Source: an uncultured Salinisphaerales bacterium
GTDB taxonomy: Bacteria > Pseudomonadota > Gammaproteobacteria > Nevskiales > CAJXLF01
Reading direction: 5' to 3'
Assembly (NCBI GenBank): GCA_913055805.1
Contig: CAJXLF010000001.1
Coordinates: forward strand, 146,761-210,760
Length of the DNA stretch: 64,000 nucleotides
Below, piece after piece: positions 28,124 through 38,712 of the stretch (positions are counted from its first letter, which is position 1; each line of letters opens with the position of its first letter). Under the pieces are notes generated by a model, which was not told the DNA's origin, searched no databases, and saw only the letters and a program-made list of their open reading frames with translations. The translations under genes and the position numbers were made by a program.

Positions 28124-28975
28124 TCAAGGGGCGTTCGGCGTTGGAAGACCGAGGTTGTTCCAAAGGGCAGCAGTCGCTTCCGCCTTGTTTAATGTGTAGA
28201 TGTGTAGCCCCGGCGCGCCCCCATCCAGCAGGCGCTCACAAAGCTCAGTGACCACGTCTTCGCCGAAGGTACGGATGGATTCCAGATCGTGGTCCCAGGC
28301 CTCCAGGCGTTTGCGTATCCAGGCCGGGATTTCGGCGCCGCAAACATCGGAAAAACGTGCCAGTTGCCGGTAGTTGGTAATCGGCATGATGCCGGGCACA
28401 ACGGGAATCTCAATGCCGCGATCCGTGATTTCATCCATGAAGCGGAAATAGGCATCAGCATTGTAGAAATACTGGGTGATGGCCGAGTCTGCGCCGGCCT
28501 TGACCTTGCGTTCGAAGGCGTCGAGGTCGGCCTGCGGGCTGGCGGATTCAGGGTGGTGCTCCGGATAGGCGGCCACTTCCAGATGGAAGTAGTCGCCGGT
28601 TTCGGCACGGATGAATTCCACCAGTTCGTTGGCAAAGCGCAGTTCACCCACTGCGGTCTGACCTTCCAGTACGTCACCGCGCAGGGTGACCAGGCGCTTG
28701 ATGCCGGCTTCGCGGTAGCGTTGCAGCAGTTCGCGAATGCCGTCACGGCTGGAGTCGATGCAGGAAATATGCGGCGCGGCGTCGATGCCGGTTTGCTGCA
28801 AGGTTTCCTGCACAGTCTCGAAAGTGCCGTCGCGGGTGGTGCCGCCGGCGCCGAAGGTCACCGAGAAGAACGCCGGTCCCAGCGCGGCCAGTTGCGGACG
28901 GGCTTCGCGCAGCGATTCCAGCGCCTTGTCGGTGCGCGGCGGGAACAGCTCCAGGCTGTAGGTGCGATGCTTCAT
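28124..28975 (-). CDS. metF: 5,10-methylenetetrahydrofolate reductase
   Basis: YSLELFPPRT N-terminus and MetF family sequence, 283 aa. Confidence 0.93.
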   Translation of the reverse strand: MKHRTYSLELFPPRTDKALESLREARPQLAALGPAFFSVTFGAGGTTRDGTFETVQETLQQTGIDAAPHISCIDSSRDGIRELLQRYREAGIKRLVTLRGDVLEGQTAVGELRFANELVEFIRAETGDYFHLEVAAYPEHHPESASPQADLDAFERKVKAGADSAITQYFYNADAYFRFMDEITDRGIEIPVVPGIMPITNYRQLARFSDVCGAEIPAWIRKRLEAWDHDLESIRTFGEDVVTELCERLLDGGAPGLHIYTLNKAEATAALWNNLGLPTPNAP

Positions 28976-28986
28976 TTATGTACTAC

Positions 28987-29179
28987 ATCCACAGATTTCA
29001 CAGATTACACAGATAGGGTTTTGAAGATCTGCTTAATACTTGTCATCCCCGCGACTTGTACGGCTCTCCCCGCCAAAGCGGGGACGGGAATCCAGTGTGT
29101 CATGTTTCTGGATTCCGGATAGTCGCTATGCGACTTCCGGAATGACATGAAATCTGCGCAATCTGTGTAATCTGTGGAT
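28987..29179. repeat. 193-bp inverted-repeat element: 28-bp CACAGATTW-triplet arms around a nested palindromic (REP/MITE-like) core
   Basis: Left arm ATCCACAGATTTCACAGATTACACAGAT (28987-29014). Reverse complement of the right arm (29152-29179) is ATCCACAGATTACACAGATTGCGCAGAT. The core holds hairpins TCCCCGC-CAAA-GCGGGGA, GGAATCCAG-N12-CTGGATTCC and ATTCCGGATAGTCGC-TAT-GCGACTTCCGGAAT. Confidence 0.8.
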
Positions 29180-29185
29180 TAATTC

Positions 29186-30601
<1,416 letters not shown>

Positions 30602-30620
30602 AATATTTACCTCATTAGTC

Positions 30621-30702
30621 ATCCACAGATTACACAGATGTCACAGATTATTTCGTGACTGGCCAGGCGCGTTTATCTGTGTAATCCGTGAAATCCGTGG
30701 AT
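30621..30702. repeat. 82-bp inverted-repeat element with the same CACAGATTW-triplet arms
   Basis: Left arm ATCCACAGATTACACAGATGTCACAGAT (30621-30648). Reverse complement of the right arm (30675-30702) is ATCCACGGATTTCACGGATTACACAGAT. 26-nt spacer. Confidence 0.8.
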
Positions 30703-30712
30703 CGTCCTGTTG

Positions 30713-31927
30713 CTATTTGGCGTCAGCCTTGAGAGCCTCGGCCTTGTCGGTTTTCTCCCAGGAGAAACCTTCAAATTCATGCACCTTGCCGGTTTCGGCG
30801 CAGGTGTATTTGATTTTTTCCGGCTTACGGCCGAAGTGGCCGTAGGCGGCGGTGGGCTGGTAGATAGGATGGATCAGGTCCAGCATTTCGATGATGCCCC
30901 AGGGGCGCAGATCAAAATGCTTGCGTACCAGTTTTTCCAGTTTTTCTTCGGCGATCTTGCCAGTGCCGAAGGTATCGACCATGACTGATGTCGGCTCGGC
31001 CACGCCAATGGCATAACTGATCTGCACTTCACAGCGTTTGGCCAGACCCGCGGCAACGATGTTCTTGGCCACATAACGGGCGGCGTAAGCAGCCGAGCGG
31101 TCGACCTTGGACGGATCCTTGCCGGAGAAGGCGCCGCCGCCATGACGGGCATAACCACCGTAGGTGTCGACAATGATCTTGCGTCCGGTCAGGCCGGCAT
31201 CGCCCAGCGGGCCGCCGGTCACGAAGCGACCGGTGGGGTTGATGTGGTACTTGGTGCCCTTGTGCAGCAGTTTGGCGGGCAGGATGGGTTTTATGATTTC
31301 TTCCATCACTGCTTCGCGCAGGTCCTTGGTCTTGATGGCATCGTCGTGCTGGGTGGAAAGCACCACGGCGTCAATGGCCACTGGCTTGCTGTTTTCATAA
31401 CGCAGGCTGACCTGACTCTTGGCGTCCGGACGCAGCCACTTGAGCTTGCTGCGGCGCAGCTTGGCCTGTTTTTCCACCAGGCGATGCGCGTACTGGATCG
31501 GCGCCGGCATCAGTGCGGTGGTTTCGTCGCAGGCGAAGCCGAACATCAGGCCCTGGTCGCCGGCGCCCATCTTCTTGCGGTCTTTCTTGCTGCGGTCCAC
31601 GCCACGGTTGATGTCCATGGACTGCTCGCCCAGCGCGTTAACAATCGCGCAGGTCTCGGCATCGAAGCCGATATCCGATGAGGTGTAGCCGATCTTTTCG
31701 ATCACATCACGCATGATGCGTTCGGCATTGATATGCACACCCTTGGCGACCTTGATTTCACCGGCCACCAGGGCGATACCGGTCTTGGTCAGGGTTTCGC
31801 AGGCCACGCGGGCGTGCTCGTCCTGGGCCAGGTAGGCATCCAGAATGGCGTCCGAAATCTGGTCGCAGATCTTGTCCGGATGGCCTTCGGAGACCGATTC
31901 AGAAGTAAAGACGTAGTCCTTGAGCAT
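30713..31927 (-). CDS. metK: S-adenosylmethionine synthetase
   Basis: [14 protein letters not shown]-terminus, [26 protein letters not shown]; 404 aa with a C-terminal extension. Confidence 0.95.
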   Translation of the reverse strand: MLKDYVFTSESVSEGHPDKICDQISDAILDAYLAQDEHARVACETLTKTGIALVAGEIKVAKGVHINAERIMRDVIEKIGYTSSDIGFDAETCAIVNALGEQSMDINRGVDRSKKDRKKMGAGDQGLMFGFACDETTALMPAPIQYAHRLVEKQAKLRRSKLKWLRPDAKSQVSLRYENSKPVAIDAVVLSTQHDDAIKTKDLREAVMEEIIKPILPAKLLHKGTKYHINPTGRFVTGGPLGDAGLTGRKIIVDTYGGYARHGGGAFSGKDPSKVDRSAAYAARYVAKNIVAAGLAKRCEVQISYAIGVAEPTSVMVDTFGTGKIAEEKLEKLVRKHFDLRPWGIIEMLDLIHPIYQPTAAYGHFGRKPEKIKYTCAETGKVHEFEGFSWEKTDKAEALKADAK

Positions 31928-31998
31928 GTACCAACCCTCTCGGTAAATACCGGTAACTCGGAAAATCGCAATATCTATATATACGGATAAGCGGATGA

Positions 31999-32027
31999 AT
32001 TTTACCCTGCTTTGGTATCACTGTCGA
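31999..32027 (-). promoter_or_regulatory. putative sigma-70 promoter of metK
   Basis: On the minus strand: TCGACA (32027-32022), 17 nt, TAAAAT (32004-31999). About 70 nt upstream of the metK ATG. Confidence 0.3.
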
Positions 32028-32110
32028 CTATGCGATGCATGCCCGGGCAGGGGTTGTAGAATAGCAGTCTGAATGACCGCCTGTTGTATTCCTGAACTTC
32101 GAGACGAACC

Positions 32111-32671
32111 ATGGTATTGACTCCCTCCAATATGTTGCCAATCGGCACTTCTGCGCCGGATTTTTCATTGCCGGATACCGTAAGCGGCAAGACGTTCAAC
32201 CTGGCTGAGCTGGCCACTGGCAAGGCTACCGTCATCATGTTCATCTGCAATCATTGCCCTTATGTGAAACACGTTAATGACGAACTGGTACGCCTGGCCA
32301 GGGATTACCAGCCACGGGGTGTCGGTTTTATCGCCATCAGTGCCAATGACGTCGACAACTATCCGGACGATTCGCCGGAAAAGATGAAGCAACTGGCCGG
32401 CGAGCTGGGCTATACCTTCCCCTATCTCTATGACGAAAGCCAGACTGTTGCGCGCGCCTACGATGCAGCCTGCACTCCCGATTTTTTTGTGTTCGATGCA
32501 GAGCGCAAGCTGGCCTATCGCGGTCGCTTGGACGGTTCCACGCCGGGGAATGCTCTGCCCGTCACGGGGGCCGAGCTACGTGCAGCGCTGGATGCATTGT
32601 TGCGCGGCGAACTGCCGGATTCGGAGCAGAATCCCAGTGTGGGCTGCAACATCAAGTGGAAAGCAGCCTAA
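32111..32671 (+). CDS. thioredoxin-fold (AhpC/TSA-redoxin like) protein
   Basis: ATVIMFICNHCPYVKH redox motif in a redoxin-sized 186-aa protein. Confidence 0.7.
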   Translation: MVLTPSNMLPIGTSAPDFSLPDTVSGKTFNLAELATGKATVIMFICNHCPYVKHVNDELVRLARDYQPRGVGFIAISANDVDNYPDDSPEKMKQLAGELGYTFPYLYDESQTVARAYDAACTPDFFVFDAERKLAYRGRLDGSTPGNALPVTGAELRAALDALLRGELPDSEQNPSVGCNIKWKAA

Positions 32672-32674
32672 CGG

Positions 32675-33430
32675 CTAGGCGGGTAATTGCCCCAGAATCT
32701 TTCCTGCCGGGCCTACAATCAGAATGTAGTTACTGAAACGACCCTGCAGTTTGATAAAGGCAAAATCATCTAGGGTTTTATCCGGATGCCTTTGCATGAA
32801 AGCATCCAGCCGGGCGGCCAGTTCCGGTTTCTTTTCGGCGCGCGCCTGAATATCGAGGCTGTTTGCACGCAACCGCTCGAGGTGGTCGCTGAGAGGTTGA
32901 AAACGTTCGATGTCGGCGTACATCTTCGGACCCTCGCCAAAGAAGGCTGAAAGGGCAACGGCCGCTGCTTCGTCCTGATTCTCCGGTTCGCGCGCGGCTA
33001 TGACCAGGGGCAGCTTCTGTTCAAACTGCGCCAGGTCGGCCGCTGTGGTGTCGAATGCTGCGAGGTCCTTGCTGTCCACGGAGTAAAAAGAACCATCCCA
33101 GTAAACAATCGCCAATGGGCGTTGGCTGTGGACGGCGTATATGCCCCACATGAGCGCCAGTGCCTGAAACAGGGCGATACAACTGAAATCAAACAGGATC
33201 GCCTGCCGCGACTTGGCAGGGTTGAAGATGATGAAAGTCAGCAGCGGGCCCAGCACCATGTCCACCACGAGCATGATGCGCGTGCCCTGCCAGCCACCCT
33301 CGATAGAGAACCACAGGCCGGGATACCACCAGAACAGAATCAATACGAACAGCACAATGAAAATGCCGGTGCTGATGCCCAGGTGGGCGGCAAGCGCCTT
33401 GATTTTGCTTTTAAGTAACTGCCTGTTCAT
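32675..33430 (-). CDS. hypothetical membrane protein
   Basis: Four predicted TM helices at the N-terminus plus a soluble C-terminal part. ATG 33430 chosen because the GTG at 33472 lies only 7 nt beyond the upstream terminator. Confidence 0.5.
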   Translation of the reverse strand: MNRQLLKSKIKALAAHLGISTGIFIVLFVLILFWWYPGLWFSIEGGWQGTRIMLVVDMVLGPLLTFIIFNPAKSRQAILFDFSCIALFQALALMWGIYAVHSQRPLAIVYWDGSFYSVDSKDLAAFDTTAADLAQFEQKLPLVIAAREPENQDEAAAVALSAFFGEGPKMYADIERFQPLSDHLERLRANSLDIQARAEKKPELAARLDAFMQRHPDKTLDDFAFIKLQGRFSNYILIVGPAGKILGQLPA

Positions 33431-33478
33431 GGTCGCGGGTAAGTTGAAGATGCTGAATCTTATACCAGCCACCGGACG

Positions 33479-33511
33479 AAAAAAAACCGGCCCCGCGCAG
33501 GGCGGGGCCGG
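33479..33511 (-). terminator. rho-independent terminator after the DUF1329 gene
   Basis: Minus strand: CCGGCCCCGC-CCTGC-GCGGGGCCGG followed by TTTTTTTT. Confidence 0.75.
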
Positions 33512-33531
33512 TTGCTTTCGGCAATACAGCC

Positions 33532-35061
33532 TTAGCGGGTACGTGCCCTGCGCTTGAGGGACGACGGCGTGAAGAAGCTGTCATCGTACTGTGCTTCCCA
33601 GTCGGTGATTTCACCCTCGTTGAGCAATGCAGTTACAAAGTAACGGCGGCTCTGCAGGTCATACATGACCTCGGGAATACCGGTGACCGTAGGCACGAAG
33701 GGTGCCGTGATCAGATGGGCTTCCTGTACTTTCCATAGCTGATCACGGTTGTCGTAGTTGGCAACCGAGGCGATGGACCAGGAGTCTTCGTCCAGATAGA
33801 ACACACGTTTCTTGAACTGGTGACGCAGGCCATCTTTCAGCGTGGCTTCCACGACCCATACGCGATGCAGCTCATAGCGCGGCAGGCTCTGGTTCATGTG
33901 CAGCGGGCGGAACATGTCGCTGTACTTGAGTACCGGAGCGCTCATCAGATAGGAGTTGTACGGAATGTACATCTCCTTCTTGCCCAGCAGTTTCCAGTTG
34001 TAGCGGTCCAGTGACCCGTTGAACACGTCCACCTGGTCGTTGAACTGTTCGCCGTCGGTACCGGGTGAGGGGTTGTCATAGCCCACGTCGGGGGCGCGGT
34101 TTACGCGGCCCAGGCCGGGGTTGAAGATCCAGGCGGCGCGGCCTGAGGTGGTCTGGTCGGCGGTTTCATGCACCAGGATCAGCTGGCCGGCCACGCGGGG
34201 CGGTGAGACCACCTCCTGCAGGTAGTAGGCCAGCAGCTTGCTGCTGGCAATGTCATTCTGCTCGTTCAGGTTGGCGTACTTGAACTTCACGTCTTCTACA
34301 ACCTGGGTCAGCTTGAAGTCGCCGTCCGGCTTCACGATGGCCTGGTCGTTATAACGCTTGGCGGCCGAGCCGCGGAACTTCAGCTTGTGATTCCAGATGG
34401 CTTCGGCGCCACTCTTGGGGATCGGGAAGGGAAAGCCGAGCTTGGCGTCTTTCACGCCATCGGTGCCTTCCAGGCGGGCACGGGTGGCGTTTTCCTTGGT
34501 GGTCTTGTTGATTTCCTCGGGGAAGAACGCGTTACGAATCGGCTCGTAGACGTTCATCTTGTAGTCCGGGTAGTTCTCGAACAGAGCCTGGTGGCCAACG
34601 GTCAGCTTGTCGGCGTGTTCCTTGTAATTCGCCTTGGTGATTGTGGCGATCGGCTCGGCGGCACTGGCGATCTGGTCCTCGGCGACCTTGGCCGTATTCT
34701 TGAGTTCGCCGTCGGGCAGTTTGTCGATCAGGCCGCGCAGCGTGGTGCTGGCGGATTTGAAATCATTCTTTTCTGCCGCGGCCAGAGCGGATTCAACATC
34801 GCCCCGGATATCCATGCCGCGCAATGTGGCCACAATTTCCTGGAGTTGCGAACGTTTGATGTCCTTCAGTTCCTGGGGGAAGTCACGTCCGCCGATCCAT
34901 TCGGGGATGGTGCCGTCAGCATTGCCGGCTTTGAGGCCGCCGACAGGGGTGAGTTCGTTGCCCAGCTTGGCGGCTTCTTCGGCCGTGGCTGTGGCAGACG
35001 CCTGTCCGGCACACAGGCCGAGGCCTGCGGTCAGACAGAAAGTCAGTAAGCGGTGTTTCAT
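33532..35061 (-). CDS. DUF1329 domain protein (LolA-like outer-membrane lipoprotein-sorting fold)
   Basis: Signal peptide, then AEEAAKLGNELTPVGGLKAGNADGTIPEWIGG, typical of DUF1329. ATG 35061 is preceded by GGAG; the track extension to 35142 was rejected. Confidence 0.8.
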   Translation of the reverse strand: MKHRLLTFCLTAGLGLCAGQASATATAEEAAKLGNELTPVGGLKAGNADGTIPEWIGGRDFPQELKDIKRSQLQEIVATLRGMDIRGDVESALAAAEKNDFKSASTTLRGLIDKLPDGELKNTAKVAEDQIASAAEPIATITKANYKEHADKLTVGHQALFENYPDYKMNVYEPIRNAFFPEEINKTTKENATRARLEGTDGVKDAKLGFPFPIPKSGAEAIWNHKLKFRGSAAKRYNDQAIVKPDGDFKLTQVVEDVKFKYANLNEQNDIASSKLLAYYLQEVVSPPRVAGQLILVHETADQTTSGRAAWIFNPGLGRVNRAPDVGYDNPSPGTDGEQFNDQVDVFNGSLDRYNWKLLGKKEMYIPYNSYLMSAPVLKYSDMFRPLHMNQSLPRYELHRVWVVEATLKDGLRHQFKKRVFYLDEDSWSIASVANYDNRDQLWKVQEAHLITAPFVPTVTGIPEVMYDLQSRRYFVTALLNEGEITDWEAQYDDSFFTPSSLKRRARTR

Positions 35062-35083
35062 TGAATGTCTCCTCGCTCTTTCT

Positions 35084-35923
35084 CTAGGTTTGTGATGGAT
35101 GATCATGCAGATGATCAAGAATATGTCCGAATCTTTCTCCAAGATATTTGTTTGCGGCCCGCTCTATTGCACGCGTGCCTTCGGCCATAATTGCGGTCCT
35201 TGCAACCGGCTGTAGTTTGCTCACCAATTCCGCCAGTTTGGGCACATCTTCCGGTGGCGGCAGGTCATCACCGTAGCGGTCCAGTTCCTTGACCACAAGT
35301 TGGACCAGTTTTGTTGCCGCGTGTTCTACGTTGTCACGCAGCAATTCGATGATTTCGAGAATATGTTCCAGCGGAATTCCGGCCTTGGCCAATTGGGCGC
35401 CGGCATGGATCAGGCGTGGGCTGTAGGCGCGAAAACGGTCGCCTTCCGGTTCCAGCAGACCCAGGTCGATGATTTTGCCGAGGCTGTTGAGTGTCTGCGG
35501 GCTCAGGCTGTCTCCGAACAGTTCGGCCAGTTCCTCAAGTGTGAAGTAGCCGGGCACTTCATCCGTCCAGGGGCCGGAGATGGCAGTGCCCAGTCCCAGC
35601 AACTGGTTAATGTCATGACCCTTTTCCGCAGCGGTCATCAGTTCCAGAATGTTGCCCAGGGTATATCCCCGGCCAAGCAATTCTCCGATCAGCTTCAGGC
35701 GGTGCAGGTGGACATCGGTATAGATCCCTACGCGCCCCCGGCGTTCGGGCGCGGGAATCAGGCCGCGATCCTGGTATGCACGGACATTTCTGACGGTAGT
35801 ACCGGCGGCGCGCGCCAGATCGTCAATGGTGAACTCGGCTGTTGGCTCATTTGCGTTGGACTGGCGCAGGGCTTCCAGTGAGCTGACGATGTCGTTGGTC
35901 GCTGTTTCACTCATAACTGCCAT
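35084..35923 (-). CDS. MerR family transcriptional regulator
   Basis: HTH region FTIDDLARAAGTTVRNVRAYQDRGLIPAPERRGRVGIYTDVHLHRLKLI. Start at ATG 35923 (or 35914), downstream of the preceding gene's stop. Confidence 0.8.
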   Translation of the reverse strand: MAVMSETATNDIVSSLEALRQSNANEPTAEFTIDDLARAAGTTVRNVRAYQDRGLIPAPERRGRVGIYTDVHLHRLKLIGELLGRGYTLGNILELMTAAEKGHDINQLLGLGTAISGPWTDEVPGYFTLEELAELFGDSLSPQTLNSLGKIIDLGLLEPEGDRFRAYSPRLIHAGAQLAKAGIPLEHILEIIELLRDNVEHAATKLVQLVVKELDRYGDDLPPPEDVPKLAELVSKLQPVARTAIMAEGTRAIERAANKYLGERFGHILDHLHDHPSQT

Positions 35924-35963
35924 AATAGCGGCTTTCACGACTGAATCTCTACCGTTCCGGCAC

Positions 35964-36908
35964 TCATGCTTGCGAATGCACGGCTTGAGCAGCCGGAGAC
36001 TGGCGAAGATAATTGAGAGCCTGCTCGGTATTGGCTTCATAAATCGGGTGATAACCCGGTTTCAGATAGCTCATCGATTCCCGCAGCAGCCAGCCGAGTC
36101 TTGGCAGGTGCCCGGTACGTTCGGCCACGCGGCTCCATTCGCGCCATATCCACGGCCGCCACAGACGGGGTTTCTTGTCCTGGAAGGCCGGGTCCTGCCG
36201 CATCATCAGGGCCGTACCTGCAATCCAGAAGCTAATCATCAGCGGGATAATCAGCGCCATCAGACCGAAGCGGTTGGCATAACTGCCGCCGACATGCCGG
36301 TACAGGTCATAGGCCACGCAGCGGTGCTCGACCTCTTCGGCGCCATGCCAGCGGGCAATGTCCAGCATGACCGGGTCGGCGCCATCACGGTCCCAGGTTT
36401 CGTTATTCAGGGCATAGTTGCCCAGCACGCAGGTGAAGTGTTCGATGGCGGCAATGACGCCCAGACGAAACTTCAGCCACCAGCGTTCGCGGCGACTGTC
36501 GGCCGGTACGGGGATGAGCCCCAGGATTCTGTCATCACCAAGCAGTTTCTTGAAGAACCAGTCCATGCGGCTGGTGAATGGCGTGGTGTCCAGGCCATGT
36601 CGCGCCAGGTAGTCATTAACGGCAGATTCATGCGCGCGGGCATGCATGGATTCCTGGCGCAGGAATGCCTGCACATCTGCCTTGAGCTTGTCGTCGCTGA
36701 TCAACGGTTTGGCCTTGTTGTATACGCGGCAGAACCAGAATTCACCAGCCGGCAGAATGATGTGCAGCAGGTTGATGAAATGGCTGCTGTAAGGGTCGCC
36801 CGGAATCCAGTGCAGCGGCGTGTTACTGAAATCGAAGGCGACCTTGCGTGGTTCGATGGGATAGTCGGTGGAGGAAGCCCGGGAGGGCAGCGCGACAGGG
36901 TCACTCAT
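35964..36908 (-). CDS. predicted metal-dependent hydrolase family protein (paralog 1)
   Basis: FLRQESMHARAH and AIEHFT-type motifs; paralogous to 40292-41137. ATG 36908 overlaps the upstream stop (ATGAGTGA). Confidence 0.65.
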   Translation of the reverse strand: MSDPVALPSRASSTDYPIEPRKVAFDFSNTPLHWIPGDPYSSHFINLLHIILPAGEFWFCRVYNKAKPLISDDKLKADVQAFLRQESMHARAHESAVNDYLARHGLDTTPFTSRMDWFFKKLLGDDRILGLIPVPADSRRERWWLKFRLGVIAAIEHFTCVLGNYALNNETWDRDGADPVMLDIARWHGAEEVEHRCVAYDLYRHVGGSYANRFGLMALIIPLMISFWIAGTALMMRQDPAFQDKKPRLWRPWIWREWSRVAERTGHLPRLGWLLRESMSYLKPGYHPIYEANTEQALNYLRQSPAAQAVHSQA

Positions 36909-37800
36909 GATGCTCCTCCTTTGCCAATGCTTCGATGAATTCGCGAATATGGCTCGCCAGCAACGCGGGATCCTTGAGCGGCAGCCAGTGACCCGAAGCA
37001 ATATTGCGGCGCGTTAACCGGGGCACCCACTTGCCGAGATCATCCGAAATTTTCGGGCTGACAAACAGGTCCTTCATGGGCACGATGACCTGTACCGGGG
37101 CGTGAGCGATACGTTCGCCGGGCCGGAACAGGCGGTCAAGAAAGTTCGCCCGGTACAGGGCAATGCCACGAATACCGTCGCGGATCTGGGTCGGACGGAG
37201 GTCGGTGTCTACCCCCTCCGTGAGCCGAATGAAGGCAGGCCAGAATTTTCCGGACAGACGCCACAGTGTCGGCGCCAGCAGGGGCAGGTGAAACAGCATG
37301 ATGTACCAGGAGCGGATCAGCTGACCCCCCACGGCCAGCAGCGAGGCTGGCGTGGGACGCTTGAACCTGTCGCGCATCCAATGTGCGGCGTGATCCAGAC
37401 AGGGGCCGGACATACTGGTGAAGGAGGCAATGCGCCCTTTCAGGCGGGGTGATGTGACCGCTTCCCAGGATTGAATGGAGCCCCAGTCATGCGCAATGAG
37501 GTGCACGGGCTGATCCGGTGATACCGCGTCAACCACGTTGGCCAGGTCCCCGGCCAGATATTCGAGCCGGAAGTCCCGGGTGGTTTCGGGCTTGTCTGAC
37601 TGCCCGCTGCCGCGGGTATCGTAAGTCACGATGCGGTAATCGGCGGCCAAATGCTCTATCACTTTGTCCCATACCCTGTGATCGTCCGGGTAGCCATGCA
37701 CCATCAGCAGGGTGGGGCCGTCGGCGTTGCCCTGGATCCAGGTGGCCAGTTCCAGTTCACCCGAACGTATGCGGCGGTATTCTATTGCGGATTTCAGCAT
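36901..37800 (-). CDS. alpha/beta hydrolase (epoxide hydrolase/esterase-like)
   Basis: LLMVHGYPDD oxyanion region and nucleophile elbow AHDWGS. Confidence 0.8.
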   Translation of the reverse strand: MLKSAIEYRRIRSGELELATWIQGNADGPTLLMVHGYPDDHRVWDKVIEHLAADYRIVTYDTRGSGQSDKPETTRDFRLEYLAGDLANVVDAVSPDQPVHLIAHDWGSIQSWEAVTSPRLKGRIASFTSMSGPCLDHAAHWMRDRFKRPTPASLLAVGGQLIRSWYIMLFHLPLLAPTLWRLSGKFWPAFIRLTEGVDTDLRPTQIRDGIRGIALYRANFLDRLFRPGERIAHAPVQVIVPMKDLFVSPKISDDLGKWVPRLTRRNIASGHWLPLKDPALLASHIREFIEALAKEEHHE

Positions 37801-37808
37801 GGCGTGCC

Positions 37809-38657
37809 TCAGGCGGCTTGTAACAGACCGCGCTGCTGCCAGCGGCGTACATGAGGCAGGTCATCATCCAGCCAGAAGGCGTCATTGTCCGTGATAACCA
37901 GCAGTTCCTCGAATTTGGCGCCCACGCCTTTCAGCCCCAGATGAGGTTCCACCGCCCAGAGACCGGGTGTCGGCGGGTGGTCGGATTTGCTGCTGCTGTT
38001 CCAAAGAGGGGACCAGCCCTCCTTGCGCCCTTGCAGCACTTCATTACGCAGTTCCGTCAGCGCCTTGATGCCGAAACGCATCAGGCTATGCGGCTTCTTC
38101 TGTTCATCGAGTTTTTCCACCCGGTGCGCAAGAACCGAGAACGGATAGGCCTTGTGCCGTGGCTCCACGCCCTGCCTTTCGCAGAGGGCGTCCACCGCGC
38201 GACTGACTTCGGCCAGGGTCTTGCCCTGCCGGATCTGCTCTACGATCAATTGACGGTGCTCGATAAGCGCATCCATCAGTTTGTCCATTTCAGAATTGTC
38301 GCCCAGGGCGCCGGCGTAACCGATATCGGCCACGGCGCCGTCGAAAACAGGTGCGCAATCCAGAATAAAGGGCATACCTTGTTGCAATTTGCGGCCGCCC
38401 GGATAGAAGGCGGGGTTGAAGCCCTTGAGCTGACTGACGGCAATCAGGCCGCGGAAAGCAGTACGGTCACCGAACCAGGCAAAGGGCTGATGAAACCAGT
38501 CCCGCACACCACGCGAAACCAGCCAGTCCTTCATTTGGCTGGCGGCCTGCCGTTCACTGATGCCGGGCCTGAGTTCGGCGGCGATGGTTTCCGCGCACTC
38601 ATAGGCAAGCGCCTGGGCGGTCCTGAATCGTGACAGTTCTTCAGCGGAATAGCTCAT
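37809..38657 (-). CDS. M24 (creatinase/prolidase fold) family protein
   Basis: Pita-bread-fold-like motifs (PFILDCAPVFDGAVADIGY). Family assignment from memory, moderate certainty. Confidence 0.5.
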   Translation of the reverse strand: MSYSAEELSRFRTAQALAYECAETIAAELRPGISERQAASQMKDWLVSRGVRDWFHQPFAWFGDRTAFRGLIAVSQLKGFNPAFYPGGRKLQQGMPFILDCAPVFDGAVADIGYAGALGDNSEMDKLMDALIEHRQLIVEQIRQGKTLAEVSRAVDALCERQGVEPRHKAYPFSVLAHRVEKLDEQKKPHSLMRFGIKALTELRNEVLQGRKEGWSPLWNSSSKSDHPPTPGLWAVEPHLGLKGVGAKFEELLVITDNDAFWLDDDLPHVRRWQQRGLLQAA

Positions 38658-38712
38658 GGTTTTCTCCTCCAGGCCGCCACCCGGTACTCTCTAATATAGT
38701 TTGCCTGCCGGG

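Noticed and set aside
30602-32110. SAH riboswitch upstream of ahcY, or SAM riboswitch upstream of metK
   Set aside because: The ahcY leader is almost entirely occupied by the CACAGAT inverted repeat and lacks the SAH-element consensus. I could not recognise any SAM-riboswitch core in the metK leader. Only an Rfam/Infernal scan could settle this.
35062-35142. N-terminal extensions offered by the ORF track
   Set aside because: This applies to 33532-35142, 43778-44449, 48602-50908, 8287-8685, 40292-41290 and 35084-36040. In each case an internal ATG preceded by a strong GGAG-type Shine-Dalgarno coincides with the family's expected N-terminus or signal peptide. The extension overlaps the neighbouring gene or a terminator.
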